Positions 9,756 to 19,732 of a stretch of 64,000 nt of DNA are shown one piece after another. This stretch comes from Bacilli bacterium (lineage in GTDB: Bacteria > Bacillota_I > Bacilli_A > RF39 > UBA660). The DNA is taken from assembly GCA_017409785.1 (NCBI GenBank), contig JAFQSD010000004.1, positions 130,910-194,909 on the forward strand. Direction: 5' to 3'. The notes under the pieces are model-generated. The model ran no database searches. It was not told the origin of the DNA and saw nothing but the letters and a program-made list of their open reading frames with translations. Each line of letters begins with the position of its first letter. The stretch's first letter is position 1. The position numbers were made by a program, and so were the translations under genes.

Positions 9756-10889
9756 ATGAATTATTTAGAACAAGCTAAACAAAACTTCTTACTTAAAGAA
9801 GCAAATTTAAGTGAGTATGCTACTAAAAGTAGTGATGCAATTCGTTTACTTCCACTTGAAGAAGATATTCGTCCAAATTTCTTTCGAGATATAGATAGAA
9901 TTATTCATTCACTAAGTTATACACGTTATACAGATAAAACCCAAGTATTCTCATATAAAGAAAATGACCACATTTCTAAACGTATGATTCATGTTCAACT
10001 TGTAAGTAAAGTAGCAAGAACAATTGGAAGAGCCCTAAACTTAAATGAAGATTTAATAGAAGCAATTGCTCTTGGCCATGACATTGGCCATACACCTTTA
10101 GGACATGAAGGAGAATATATTTTAGATAAAATCTCCCAAAGAGAACTAGGAGAAACTTTTGCTCATAACATTCAAAGTGTAAGACATTGTATGTATGTAG
10201 AAAATAAAGGAAATGGATTGAATTTATCAATCCAAGTTCTTGATGGCATAATGTGCCATAATGGAGAAATTCTTTCAAATAAATATATTCCAATGCAAAA
10301 AGATGAGAAAGAATTTCTAAAAGAATTTGAAAATTCCTACAAGGATTATGCATCTACTAAGAAATGTAGTCCTATGACTTTAGAAGGATGCGTAGTAAGA
10401 ATTAGTGATATAATTGGTTACATTGGTAGAGATATAGAAGATGCTATCGCCTTAGGAAAAATAAAAAGAGAAGAAATCCCAGAAGATATATCAAATGTCC
10501 TAGGTACAACAAACAAAGAAATAATAAATACAATTATTTTGGATATAATAAAAGAAAGTATGGGAAAGCCATATATTCAAATGAGTGAAGAAGTATATAA
10601 AGCATTATTTGCTTTAAAAGAATTTAATGCTAAAAATATATATTATAAAAGTCTAACAACAGAGGAAAAAGAATACTACAATAAGGGTATGAATATATTA
10701 TTTAATGATTATCTAAATGCGATAGAAAATCATGATAAAGAAAATATTATTTATGAGATGTTTTTAAATAATCAATCAACAACATATCTTGAAAATACAA
10801 CTCCAAAAAGAATGGTAATTGACTTTATAGCTGGTATGACAGATGACTTATTCATGTCAGAATTAAGTCGCAAGAATTGCAAAAACTAA
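9756..10889 (+). CDS. dGTPase-like HD-domain deoxynucleoside triphosphate triphosphohydrolase.
   Basis: HD motif LGHDIGHTPLGHEGE. GAGGTGA RBS. Confidence 0.7.
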   Translation: MNYLEQAKQNFLLKEANLSEYATKSSDAIRLLPLEEDIRPNFFRDIDRIIHSLSYTRYTDKTQVFSYKENDHISKRMIHVQLVSKVARTIGRALNLNEDLIEAIALGHDIGHTPLGHEGEYILDKISQRELGETFAHNIQSVRHCMYVENKGNGLNLSIQVLDGIMCHNGEILSNKYIPMQKDEKEFLKEFENSYKDYASTKKCSPMTLEGCVVRISDIIGYIGRDIEDAIALGKIKREEIPEDISNVLGTTNKEIINTIILDIIKESMGKPYIQMSEEVYKALFALKEFNAKNIYYKSLTTEEKEYYNKGMNILFNDYLNAIENHDKENIIYEMFLNNQSTTYLENTTPKRMVIDFIAGMTDDLFMSELSRKNCKN

Positions 10890-10896
10890 GAAAAAC

Positions 10897-10925
10897 TTGC
10901 ATTTTTTTTAAAAGTGTGATATAAT
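10897..10925 (+). promoter_or_regulatory. Sigma-A promoter with an extended -10 (TTGCAT-17-TGaTATAAT).
   Basis: TTGCAT at 10897-10902, TG at 10917-10918, TATAAT at 10920-10925. An imperfect hairpin GCCTGCTTC...GAAGTAGGC follows in the 5' UTR. Confidence 0.4.
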
Positions 10926-10983
10926 TAGCCTGCTTCTGAAAAAAAGGGGAAGTAGGCAAATTTATTTATAAAGGAATGATAGA

Positions 10984-11661
10984 ATGAAAGATTTTAGATT
11001 AGATCGTAAAGCCGATCCAAAATATATTCTTGATGTAAAGCCAGTTAAGAATAGACCAACAGCTGAGGGAGAAGAAGCTAGAGAAACATTAACAATTACT
11101 TTTGCAGACGGAAGAAAGTTTGACAACATTGAGTATAGTGCTGAAAACATTCAAACAATTATTGCTCAACAAGAAAGACAAGCACGTGCCGGTGTAAAAA
11201 ACTTACCAGTATTCCAAGGTAGAAAAACAATCGCTGGTGTTATGACTGCAGCCTCAATCGTAGGTGGACCAGTAATTGGAGCAGTTACTTCAACTGCAAT
11301 TGATAATCCAATTGCTTTAGCAATCGGAACAGGTGTTGTTACACTTGCAGCATTAATTCCATCAGCATGCTCATTAGTTAAGAACGCAGGAAAAGTAAAA
11401 GAATTAAGAAAAATTAAGTTCCGTGACGTTCACAGAAAAGAACTTGAAACATATCCAAATTATGAAAATGCATTAGCTGGATTACCAACTCGTAAGAGAC
11501 AATGGTTTGAAGGTATGGCAAATGAAGGACAAGATCCTTTCTGTATAACAGAAATTGATTCATATACACAACGTGATTTAGAGCAAATCATGGAAAATAT
11601 GGAAACAGAAAAACAATATACATTCAAATATGCACCAAGAAAAACAGCATCTAGTAAATAA
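10984..11661 (+). CDS. Hypothetical membrane-associated protein.
   Basis: 225 aa. The central hydrophobic Gly/Ala-rich segment TIAGVMTAASIVGGPVIGAVTSTAIDNPIALAIGTGVVTLAAL suggests 2 TM helices. Confidence 0.4.
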   Translation: MKDFRLDRKADPKYILDVKPVKNRPTAEGEEARETLTITFADGRKFDNIEYSAENIQTIIAQQERQARAGVKNLPVFQGRKTIAGVMTAASIVGGPVIGAVTSTAIDNPIALAIGTGVVTLAALIPSACSLVKNAGKVKELRKIKFRDVHRKELETYPNYENALAGLPTRKRQWFEGMANEGQDPFCITEIDSYTQRDLEQIMENMETEKQYTFKYAPRKTASSK

Positions 11662-11771
11662 TAAAAATAATATATTGTAAAAGATAAAAAAATATGTTAT
11701 ACTATCGCAAGTTGAGTCTAGAGTTCAACTATCTAAAAATTTAGATAAACATTAACAATGAGGTGATAGAA

Positions 11772-12242
11772 ATGGGAAATAAAAACACTGTATATTTAAC
11801 ACAACAAGGATTAGAAGATTTAAAGAAAGAATTAGATAACTTAATAAATGTTAGACGTCCAGAAAACATCATTGCTATTAAAGAAGCAAGATCTTTAGGT
11901 GATTTATCTGAAAATGCTGAATATGATGCTGCTCGTAACGAACAAGCTCAAATCGAAGCAAGAATCCAACAATTAGAAAAAATGTTAGAAAACGTTTCAA
12001 TTATTACAGAAGTATCTAATGAAAAAGTAGGAATCGGAAACACTGTTGCTATTAAATATGTTGATGACGATGAAGAGGATGAATATAAAATCGTTGGTTC
12101 TCAAGAAGCAGATCCATTCGAAAGTAAGATTTCTAACGAATCACCAATCGCACAAGCATTATTTGACCACAAAGTAGGAGATATCGTAACAGTAGAAAGT
12201 CCTAACGGATCATATGATGTAGAAATCATTGAAATTAAATAA
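11772..12242 (+). CDS. greA: Transcription elongation factor GreA.
   Basis: MGNKNTVYLTQQGLEDLKKELDNL...SENAEYDAAR. The ORF-track start at 11763 is GTG; the ATG at 11772 has an AGGTGA RBS 5 nt upstream. Confidence 0.85.
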   Translation: MGNKNTVYLTQQGLEDLKKELDNLINVRRPENIIAIKEARSLGDLSENAEYDAARNEQAQIEARIQQLEKMLENVSIITEVSNEKVGIGNTVAIKYVDDDEEDEYKIVGSQEADPFESKISNESPIAQALFDHKVGDIVTVESPNGSYDVEIIEIK

Positions 12243-12246
12243 ATGA

Positions 12247-12273
12247 AGATAATCGAAAGATTATCTTTTTTTA
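12247..12273 (+). terminator. Rho-independent terminator after greA.
   Basis: AGATAATC-GAAA-GATTATCT followed by T7. Confidence 0.6.
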
Positions 12274-12309
12274 TTAACTATCTTTTGCTATAATTAAGAA
12301 GGTGATTCG

Positions 12310-12483
12310 ATGCAACAAATAGAAAATTTAGAATTATTAAAGAAAATAATTGCATTTGGTATGACTATATTAGTATTAGGTTCTTTAGCAACCACTTATA
12401 TTATTTCTAAATGTAATATTATTAAAAGAAAAAAAGATCAAAGTATATCACTTATCTATAAAGTAGACTATCAAACTTCATAA
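12310..12483 (+). CDS. 57-aa single-TM small protein (hypothetical).
   Basis: AAGAAGGTGA RBS, ATG start, and its own terminator at 12476-12500 (ACTTCA/TGAAGT plus T8). Not in the ORF track. Confidence 0.35.
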   Translation: MQQIENLELLKKIIAFGMTILVLGSLATTYIISKCNIIKRKKDQSISLIYKVDYQTS

Positions 12484-12574
12484 CAATGAAGTTTTTTTTA
12501 TGCAATACTATCTTTTATTTTTAAATAAAATACGATATACTTAAAAAGAATAAGATAAGGGAGTGTAGATATAA

Positions 12575-14128
12575 ATGATTATTAGAAAACCATATGCCTT
12601 TTTAATTAAACATTTCAAAAAAATTCATATTTTATTATTAGTATTAAGTGCTTTTATTTATTATAGAAGTTTACAATTAAGTTCCTTTATCAGTGAATTC
12701 ATGCGTTTAGAAACATATGATTCTTATTATGAACCAATAACAAATCATGTATCATTCCTACCAATCTTGGCAATGATTCTATTGAGTATTGGAAGTATAA
12801 CCTTAATATTTTTACTACGTCATAAGAAAAAACCATGGAAACTATATATATTACCGGCCTTTGAATATATCTTTATGATGATTGTATTCTTTTCAGCAAA
12901 AAGCTTCTTCGACCAATATAATGGTATTGTAGATTCAGCTGGTATAAGAGCAATAAGAGACTTCTTGTTTATTGCTACGGTATTACAATATCCATCTATG
13001 TTTATATTCCTTTTAAGAACAATTGGAGTCGATTTAAAAAAATTTAATTTTCAATCTGATGAAGAATATCTAGAACTAAGCAGTGCGGACCACGAAGAAT
13101 TAGAAATTAATATTGAATTTGATAAAGATAGTTTAAAACGTGGAGCAAAAAAACTCTTCAGAAACATGAGTTATATATATGCAGAACACAAACTGATAAT
13201 AAACATCATAGCATCAGTTTTATTTGTAGTGTTCTCATACGGAATGTATAAGTTTATTTTCATAACAAATAAATCATATGGACAAGGTGAATCCCTAAAT
13301 GCTAATGGTTATGAAATAACCATAAATAAAAGTTATTATACGGATAAAGACTATACGGGAAAAGTAGTAAGTGATAAAAGTGCATTCGTCATTGTAAATA
13401 TGACTGTAAAAAATACACAACAACAAAGAGAAGCTGATTTACAAAAATATCACGTTATGAACGGAATTAAAGACTATGTTACAACAGAAAAAATTTATGA
13501 AACAGAATTCCAAGATTTTGGTAATGCAGTTAAAACGCTAGATCTTAAACGTGATGAAAGTCAGACATTCATTATGATTTTTAAAGTAGATAAAGAACTA
13601 AGAAGAAATAGATTTGTACTATATTATCAAGAATTTAACGGAGATACTCCACATTTAAGAAAAATTAAATTAAAACTAAATGATGTTTCAGAAATAAAAG
13701 AACATAAAGCAATCACAATCGGAGATGAATTAAAGTTTACTCTAGAAGAAAAAACAGAAAAGATAACATTTGATGATTTTGAGTTCCTTGATTCAGTCGA
13801 ATATTCATATAGAATTTGTTATAGTTCTAACTGTTCCACAAAACAAGGAATTTACACTGCAAAAGAAGGGTACAAAATCCTTAAAATGCCGTTCTCTTCC
13901 AACAATTTTGAGGGCAAAGATATGATTGACTTTTCAACTAAATATGGTACAATAAATTATATAGATAATAAGGGTAAGAAGAGTAGCATATCAATCAAAA
14001 ATCCATTCAATAAAACATACTACGGAAAGTACTTATATGCTCAAGTCCCTATAGCAGTATCAAATTCAACAAATATTGAATTAGAATATACAATTAGAAA
14101 CAATAGATATATATATAAGATTAGATAA
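12575..14128 (+). CDS. Polytopic membrane protein (about 4 N-terminal TM helices) with a large extracytoplasmic beta-rich domain (DUF4352-like). First gene of the accessory block.
   Basis: Hydrophobic segments in residues 15-150. The C-terminal region ITINKSYYTDKDYTGKVVSDKSAFVIVNMTVKNT...SQTFIMIFKVDKE resembles a DUF4352-type beta-sandwich. Confidence 0.45.
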   Translation: MIIRKPYAFLIKHFKKIHILLLVLSAFIYYRSLQLSSFISEFMRLETYDSYYEPITNHVSFLPILAMILLSIGSITLIFLLRHKKKPWKLYILPAFEYIFMMIVFFSAKSFFDQYNGIVDSAGIRAIRDFLFIATVLQYPSMFIFLLRTIGVDLKKFNFQSDEEYLELSSADHEELEINIEFDKDSLKRGAKKLFRNMSYIYAEHKLIINIIASVLFVVFSYGMYKFIFITNKSYGQGESLNANGYEITINKSYYTDKDYTGKVVSDKSAFVIVNMTVKNTQQQREADLQKYHVMNGIKDYVTTEKIYETEFQDFGNAVKTLDLKRDESQTFIMIFKVDKELRRNRFVLYYQEFNGDTPHLRKIKLKLNDVSEIKEHKAITIGDELKFTLEEKTEKITFDDFEFLDSVEYSYRICYSSNCSTKQGIYTAKEGYKILKMPFSSNNFEGKDMIDFSTKYGTINYIDNKGKKSSISIKNPFNKTYYGKYLYAQVPIAVSNSTNIELEYTIRNNRYIYKIR

Positions 14129-14137
14129 GGAGGAATT

Positions 14138-15940
14138 ATGAATAAAAAAACTATAAATTTTTTAAAACTTTTGGTAGTAGTAGTAATCGCAGCCTTATTT
14201 GTATGGTTTGTATTTATATATCCATCATACAACTTTAGTAAATATGAAAAAAGTTTAGAGGAAGCAGCAAAAAGATATTTCGATTTAAATCAAACAGAAT
14301 TACCTACTGGAAATAGAATTGCAACAGTCTCAATGCAAACTCTATATCACAAATCATATTTAAAAGAAGATTTTTATATTCCATATACTGATGAACCATG
14401 TAACTTAAAAGATTCATGGGTAAAAGTTAGAAAAGTAGATGGAGAATATAAGTATTATACATATCTACAATGCGGAGCTATTAGATCAACAGTAGATAGT
14501 AAAGGACCAACAATAAATTTAAATGGTTCTGAAAAAATAACAGTTGATTTAGGCGAAGAATATAAAGACCCAGGAATTAAAAGTGTAGTAGATAACAGTG
14601 ACGGAAAAATGGATGTTAAAGAAGTAACTGTTAATGCTAGTAAAGTTGATACAAATAAAATTGGAACATACGAAGTAACATATACAGCACAAGATGCATT
14701 AAAGAATAAAACAGTAGTTACAAGAGAAGTTGAAGTTGTATCTAAAATAAAAAATGCTGTAAAAGTTGCCACTGATAAAAAAGGTTATTATACAGGTAAA
14801 GAACCAAATAACTACTTAAGATTATCAGGAATGTTATTTAGAATCATTGGTGTAGATGGAGATAATGTTAAAATAGTTGCCTCAGAAGATATTGCCAATG
14901 TTAACTATAGTGGTATCTCATCATGGCTAGAAGATTACTATATGAGTCATATTAATGACGAAGCTAAAAAGCTTTTAGTAAAAAACAAATATTGTAATAT
15001 GTCAGCAACTACAGAAAACTTATCAACGACAGAATGTACATCATATACGAAGAAAAGATATGCGTATGTAACTTCAATAACAGATGTAAATAAATCATTA
15101 GTAAATAATGAATCATTCTTAAGACCAGGAACAATGACTTGGTTAGCAAATGAGAGTGATAAAGATAAAGCCTATGCAACAAGAAATATTTTCTTTGGAG
15201 AATATTCTTACAATTATGTATTTATTCCAGAAAACAAATCTGAAAACTATGGAGTTCGCCCGGTACTAACTGTAAAAGGAAATACATTAGTAAAAAAAGG
15301 AGACGGAACATATGAAAATCCATATTCATTTGGTGAAACCAAATCTGGAAAGATTGATGAAAAGATAAATACAAGATATTCTGGTGAATATTTAGAATAT
15401 GCAGGAAACCTATGGAGAATCATTGAAGTAAATAGCGATGGAACAACAAAAATTATTTCTGTAGAAAATATTAAAAAAAATGGTGTCCCTGTTGAAATAA
15501 AATATGACACAAAATCAGACAAAAAGATTTATAATCCAAAAGAAAAAGGAAACATAGGATATCAAATTAACAATAGAATGAGTGAATATATTGATACATC
15601 ATATTTCGTTAATAAAAATATAAGTGTGCCAATTTATAAAAAAGAATTCCAATATGGCAAAGAATTAGAAACTAAGAAGTACAAAGTTAAATTGTCCGCA
15701 CCAAATATGTATGAAATGTTCTCAACTATTGAAAATCAAAAAAATTCATCATATTGGTTAATTAATTCATCTGAAGCAAAATATTACAAAGCAGTAACAT
15801 CAGATGTAGGAGTAGTGGTTAGTGGAGAAATAGGAGATTTCACAAAATTTGGAGTAAGAGTAGTTGGAAATCTATCTAAATCGGTAATCATTACAAAAGG
15901 AAATGGAACACTTGAAAAACCATATGGTATTACGAAGTAA
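14138..15940 (+). CDS. Membrane-anchored surface protein with an Ig-like (DUF5011-type) domain and C-terminal repeats shared with ORF 37871.
   Basis: N-terminal TM segment. GPTINLNGSEKITVDLGEEYKDPGIKSVVDNSDGK...IGTYEVTYTAQDALKNKTVVTREVEVV is a classic DUF5011 Ig-like pattern. Repeated NY.RL...(F/W)RII...K(I/V)(I/V) and RPV..L.....K.G.GT...PY motifs. Confidence 0.55.
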   Translation: MNKKTINFLKLLVVVVIAALFVWFVFIYPSYNFSKYEKSLEEAAKRYFDLNQTELPTGNRIATVSMQTLYHKSYLKEDFYIPYTDEPCNLKDSWVKVRKVDGEYKYYTYLQCGAIRSTVDSKGPTINLNGSEKITVDLGEEYKDPGIKSVVDNSDGKMDVKEVTVNASKVDTNKIGTYEVTYTAQDALKNKTVVTREVEVVSKIKNAVKVATDKKGYYTGKEPNNYLRLSGMLFRIIGVDGDNVKIVASEDIANVNYSGISSWLEDYYMSHINDEAKKLLVKNKYCNMSATTENLSTTECTSYTKKRYAYVTSITDVNKSLVNNESFLRPGTMTWLANESDKDKAYATRNIFFGEYSYNYVFIPENKSENYGVRPVLTVKGNTLVKKGDGTYENPYSFGETKSGKIDEKINTRYSGEYLEYAGNLWRIIEVNSDGTTKIISVENIKKNGVPVEIKYDTKSDKKIYNPKEKGNIGYQINNRMSEYIDTSYFVNKNISVPIYKKEFQYGKELETKKYKVKLSAPNMYEMFSTIENQKNSSYWLINSSEAKYYKAVTSDVGVVVSGEIGDFTKFGVRVVGNLSKSVIITKGNGTLEKPYGITK

Positions 15941-15951
15941 GAGGTGAGGTT

Positions 15952-16782
15952 ATGCACAAGAAAAATAAAAGAAAATTAAAACTGAATCAGAGGACCAAGA
16001 CATTAGCTCTTGTAACAGGTCTTCTGATTTGTTGCTGTATTGTACTAGTTACATTAACTGCGATGTGGATAGTACCAAAAAATATCTATAAAGTAGAAGA
16101 CAGACAAAAAGAAATTAAGAAAGAACAAAAGAAAGATGAAGAAGGAATCGAAACAGTAGCTTGGCTAAGAGTTCAAGGAACAATGATTGATACTCCAATC
16201 GTTGCCTATGAAGAAGGAAAAGATCTAAGTTACCTAGATAAAGAAGATTTCTTGTGGACAGAAGCAAAAACAGCAGAATATAAAAACCAAATCAAAATAA
16301 TGGGCCATAACATTTTAAATCTATCTGCCACACCAGAAATAGGAGTAAACTACTTTACAAAATTTGAAGATTTAATGGCATTTACTTATGAAGATTTTGT
16401 TAAAGAAAACAAATATATTCAATATTCAATCGGTGATAAAGAATATGTATATAAAGTATTCGCTGTGCTATATGACAAAAGTTATAATTTAGATTTATAT
16501 AATACAGATAATTATTCAACTGAAGAAATGGCAGATTATATTGAATTAGTGGAATCAAAGAGTTTATACGACTTTGATATAGATGTTGATGCAAGTGATG
16601 ACATCATTTCATTAGTAACATGTTCTAGACTATACGGAGTAGATCAAAAAAGACAATTCGTTGTTGTAGGAAGATTACTAAGAGATAATGAAAAGATGAC
16701 AAACTATTCATTTGAAACAACAGAAAAATATGAAGAAATTCAAAAACTAATGAAAGGAGAAATTAACTATGAAGCAGTATAG
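15952..16782 (+). CDS. srtB: Class B sortase-family transpeptidase.
   Basis: N-terminal TM segment. AWLRVQGTMIDTPIV matches the SrtB GWL.I.GT.IDYPV motif. Catalytic His (IMGHN), the TLxTC-type Cys motif ISLVTCS, and a downstream Arg (VVVGRLL) are present. Confidence 0.65.
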   Translation: MHKKNKRKLKLNQRTKTLALVTGLLICCCIVLVTLTAMWIVPKNIYKVEDRQKEIKKEQKKDEEGIETVAWLRVQGTMIDTPIVAYEEGKDLSYLDKEDFLWTEAKTAEYKNQIKIMGHNILNLSATPEIGVNYFTKFEDLMAFTYEDFVKENKYIQYSIGDKEYVYKVFAVLYDKSYNLDLYNTDNYSTEEMADYIELVESKSLYDFDIDVDASDDIISLVTCSRLYGVDQKRQFVVVGRLLRDNEKMTNYSFETTEKYEEIQKLMKGEINYEAV

Positions 16783-19726
16783 AAAAAGATTAATAGGGGT
16801 TATTCTTCTTGGTTTATTCACCTTAGTTTTAAGTTATAATGCTATAGCTGAAGAAACAACAACAACACCTCCAGCTGAAGAACCTGCAGTAAAAGAGTGT
16901 AAAAACGGTGAAGTTCAAGACATTGAATCTCGTTATAACTTAAAACTAGAAAAAGTTGGTGCTGGTCAATATAAAGTAACAATGGCTGGAGATGCAGCTG
17001 ATATTGATACAGGTGCATTCAAAATCATCGGTACTGAAGTAGGTATTGGTGATGACGAATATGAAGGAATTACTGGACCAGTTGGTACAATCAATGCCAT
17101 AGAAACAATTGCAGAAATTAAAAAAGGTCAAGATGCATACTTCAATGCAACACCAGCCACAGCAGCAGATGGTGCTAAGATATTAGCAGTAAAAGTTCAA
17201 ATGGTTGCAGGATCATCACTATTAAATGACTGTGACTATACAGGTAGACTTGTAATTAAAGATTACGGAGATTCAGCAATAAGCAATATCTTCAGTGGTG
17301 GTAACACACAAGAAAATTCAAAGTCTATTTATAAAACAGGAAGTATTTGTTATAACTTCTACAATGGAATTTGGAATAGTGAACAATTTATAGGTATAAG
17401 AGAATCAGATTTTAATGCTTACAATTACCAAGCGGCAGCAGGATTAATGGTTGGTGGTAAATCAGCTCAAGCAATTTATCAAACAACATTATCATATTGT
17501 TTCCAACAACATGTAACAATTGGAGCAGAATATTCTGATACAGACTTAGCTAATATGATTGGAAATGCAATCACATATACAAAGTCAAGAACACAAACAA
17601 TCGGTGGTTCAAATAAAACGTTTGCACAATTATTTGAAGAAATAAAAACTCACGCAAAAGTTCAAAATAAATCTGGTAAAACAGCTGAAGATAAAGGAAT
17701 CACTTGTGATTGGCAAAAAACAGAAACAACAGGAGATCCAAACGATTATTATAAAAATAAAAACTATTATTACAAAGAAGAACAAGTAGAATCAATTTCA
17801 GTTCAATATACATATAACTATGCTCCTGGTGATGTAGTAACAACACCAGCACAAGAAGTATGTACAAGAACATGTGCAGAAGCAGTAAAAGTGGAATATG
17901 GTCCACCAGTTGCTTCAAAAGCTGGATTATGCTTTGAATATAACGTAAAAGTAACAAGTTATGTAGAATGTACATCTGATATAAAACTTGATCCTCCAGT
18001 AGCACAAACAAACTATTGTAGTCCAGTTGCATTCTGTCACGAAAAGAACTGGAGATGGAGTGGTCACCAAGCAGGACCAACAGAAGAATTCGACGCATGT
18101 ATTCAAGAATGCGACGGAGGAAAATATACAAGTAAATGTAGTAAAAAATGTTACAAGAAAGTATATAAAAATTCAAAACTAAAATTATCATATGAAAATG
18201 ATATAGTAGCTAGTAGATTAAGCAATACATATACAGTAGATTCATGTATCGCAACAAGTCCAGATGGTGGATGTTATTACTGGAGTGGTAACGACATCAT
18301 GTGGAAGAGTACATACCAAGGCGGTCTAGACTTTACTAATGATGTAAGAGCTCTAGGAAGATGGTATAGAGAAGTACAATGGTACGTTGGAGACTTAGGA
18401 GAAGGAAGATCATACGACGTTTCTTCAAATGGTATCAAGACTAAGAAGAAAGCAAGTTCTTCAACAGGACACTGTCAAGATATTTGTTATTGGAAAACAG
18501 ACGTTTGTACAAAAGGTCAATATTTAAATCCAAACTCAGCATTAGAAGACTACCAAGCTAACTTAAAATTATATCAATCAAAAGTTGCTCAATGTGAAGC
18601 TGCAACAACATGTAGTTCATCAACTGCAACATTTACAATTTCAATTAACTATGATTCATATGTACAAGAAACAGGGGCAAGTGCTAAAACTAAAAAGAAA
18701 ACAACAATTAATTTCCCTCGTTCACCATTGAATCAAGATAAATTACCATCACATGGTAAAGATGTAGTAGATACAAGCAACACATTCAATGCCGATGGTT
18801 CAACATTATTGTCATACAATGGATGTTATACAGCAGCAACAGAAAAGAACTGGTATCAAGCTGAATGGGGATTCCCAGGAACATACATCCATAACAAAAC
18901 TGGAGAAATTTCTTATTCAAAAGATAAGATTCAAAGTGATACAGGTACAATCGAAGGATGGTACTATGATGATAATAAATTCTGTATGCCACTTGAAGCA
19001 GAAAGTGTTAATACAAAATGGTGGGAATGGTACAAGATAAACAACATGCAATTTAGCTGTTACACAAGCGACCAAATCAAAAATGAATTAGCAACAAACG
19101 ACGGAACATCAAATGGATACAACATCCATGCATCAACAACAGATTTTGGATACTTCGGTTGGGACTTCGATATAAGTTGTTTCTATGCACTTAGAAATGA
19201 ACTATGTGACGAAGATACATTAACACATTGTTGTAAAAAAGATACTTGTGTTGGAGATTCTTGTGAAACAGAAATAAACGGAGTTAAAAATTATATGTTC
19301 AGAGCAATCGATACAAATAACGTATTCCCAAATGCGATTGTAGAAGGTGTTACTGATGAAACAAAACGACCAATTGGATTCAACTGGACAAATAAAGCAG
19401 CAAACTCTAAAAACCCAGATTATCTTGTTAATCCAGCAAAATTAATTGAACAAATTGAAAATAGAAGTGAAAGTCTTTATACAGATGATAACTTAGATTA
19501 TCAATTCCATTTAACACCAGAAGTATTATGGAAAATTAAAGAGTACAATAAAGAAACACCATATGGTACATGGAATGGTAGAGTAGATATCAAAAACGGA
19601 ATCTACGTATATTTCAGTAACCTATGGGGAGAAATAGATAGTGGTGTAACAAAAACAGTAGACTTAAGAAACTACAGTTCAGTACTTAAAACTGGTACAC
19701 CAGGTGTAAATAATGAGGAGGATTGA
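16769..19726 (+). CDS. Large (985 aa) secreted cysteine-rich protein of unknown function.
   Basis: Signal peptide MKQYRKRLIGVILLGLFTLVLSYNAIA. About 40 Cys in clustered C-x-x-C, C-x3-C and CC patterns. No LPXTG or NPQTN sorting signal and no C-terminal anchor. Start overlaps the sortase stop. Confidence 0.6.
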   Translation: MKQYRKRLIGVILLGLFTLVLSYNAIAEETTTTPPAEEPAVKECKNGEVQDIESRYNLKLEKVGAGQYKVTMAGDAADIDTGAFKIIGTEVGIGDDEYEGITGPVGTINAIETIAEIKKGQDAYFNATPATAADGAKILAVKVQMVAGSSLLNDCDYTGRLVIKDYGDSAISNIFSGGNTQENSKSIYKTGSICYNFYNGIWNSEQFIGIRESDFNAYNYQAAAGLMVGGKSAQAIYQTTLSYCFQQHVTIGAEYSDTDLANMIGNAITYTKSRTQTIGGSNKTFAQLFEEIKTHAKVQNKSGKTAEDKGITCDWQKTETTGDPNDYYKNKNYYYKEEQVESISVQYTYNYAPGDVVTTPAQEVCTRTCAEAVKVEYGPPVASKAGLCFEYNVKVTSYVECTSDIKLDPPVAQTNYCSPVAFCHEKNWRWSGHQAGPTEEFDACIQECDGGKYTSKCSKKCYKKVYKNSKLKLSYENDIVASRLSNTYTVDSCIATSPDGGCYYWSGNDIMWKSTYQGGLDFTNDVRALGRWYREVQWYVGDLGEGRSYDVSSNGIKTKKKASSSTGHCQDICYWKTDVCTKGQYLNPNSALEDYQANLKLYQSKVAQCEAATTCSSSTATFTISINYDSYVQETGASAKTKKKTTINFPRSPLNQDKLPSHGKDVVDTSNTFNADGSTLLSYNGCYTAATEKNWYQAEWGFPGTYIHNKTGEISYSKDKIQSDTGTIEGWYYDDNKFCMPLEAESVNTKWWEWYKINNMQFSCYTSDQIKNELATNDGTSNGYNIHASTTDFGYFGWDFDISCFYALRNELCDEDTLTHCCKKDTCVGDSCETEINGVKNYMFRAIDTNNVFPNAIVEGVTDETKRPIGFNWTNKAANSKNPDYLVNPAKLIEQIENRSESLYTDDNLDYQFHLTPEVLWKIKEYNKETPYGTWNGRVDIKNGIYVYFSNLWGEIDSGVTKTVDLRNYSSVLKTGTPGVNNEED

Positions 19727-19732
19727 TTATAG

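Noticed and set aside
9976-10353. 125-aa minus-strand ORF.
   Set aside because: Antisense within the HD-domain dGTPase gene. Leu-rich composition typical of AT-rich antisense frames.
17700-18191. 163-aa minus-strand ORF.
   Set aside because: Antisense within the Cys-rich protein gene. Low-complexity Leu/Ile-rich product.
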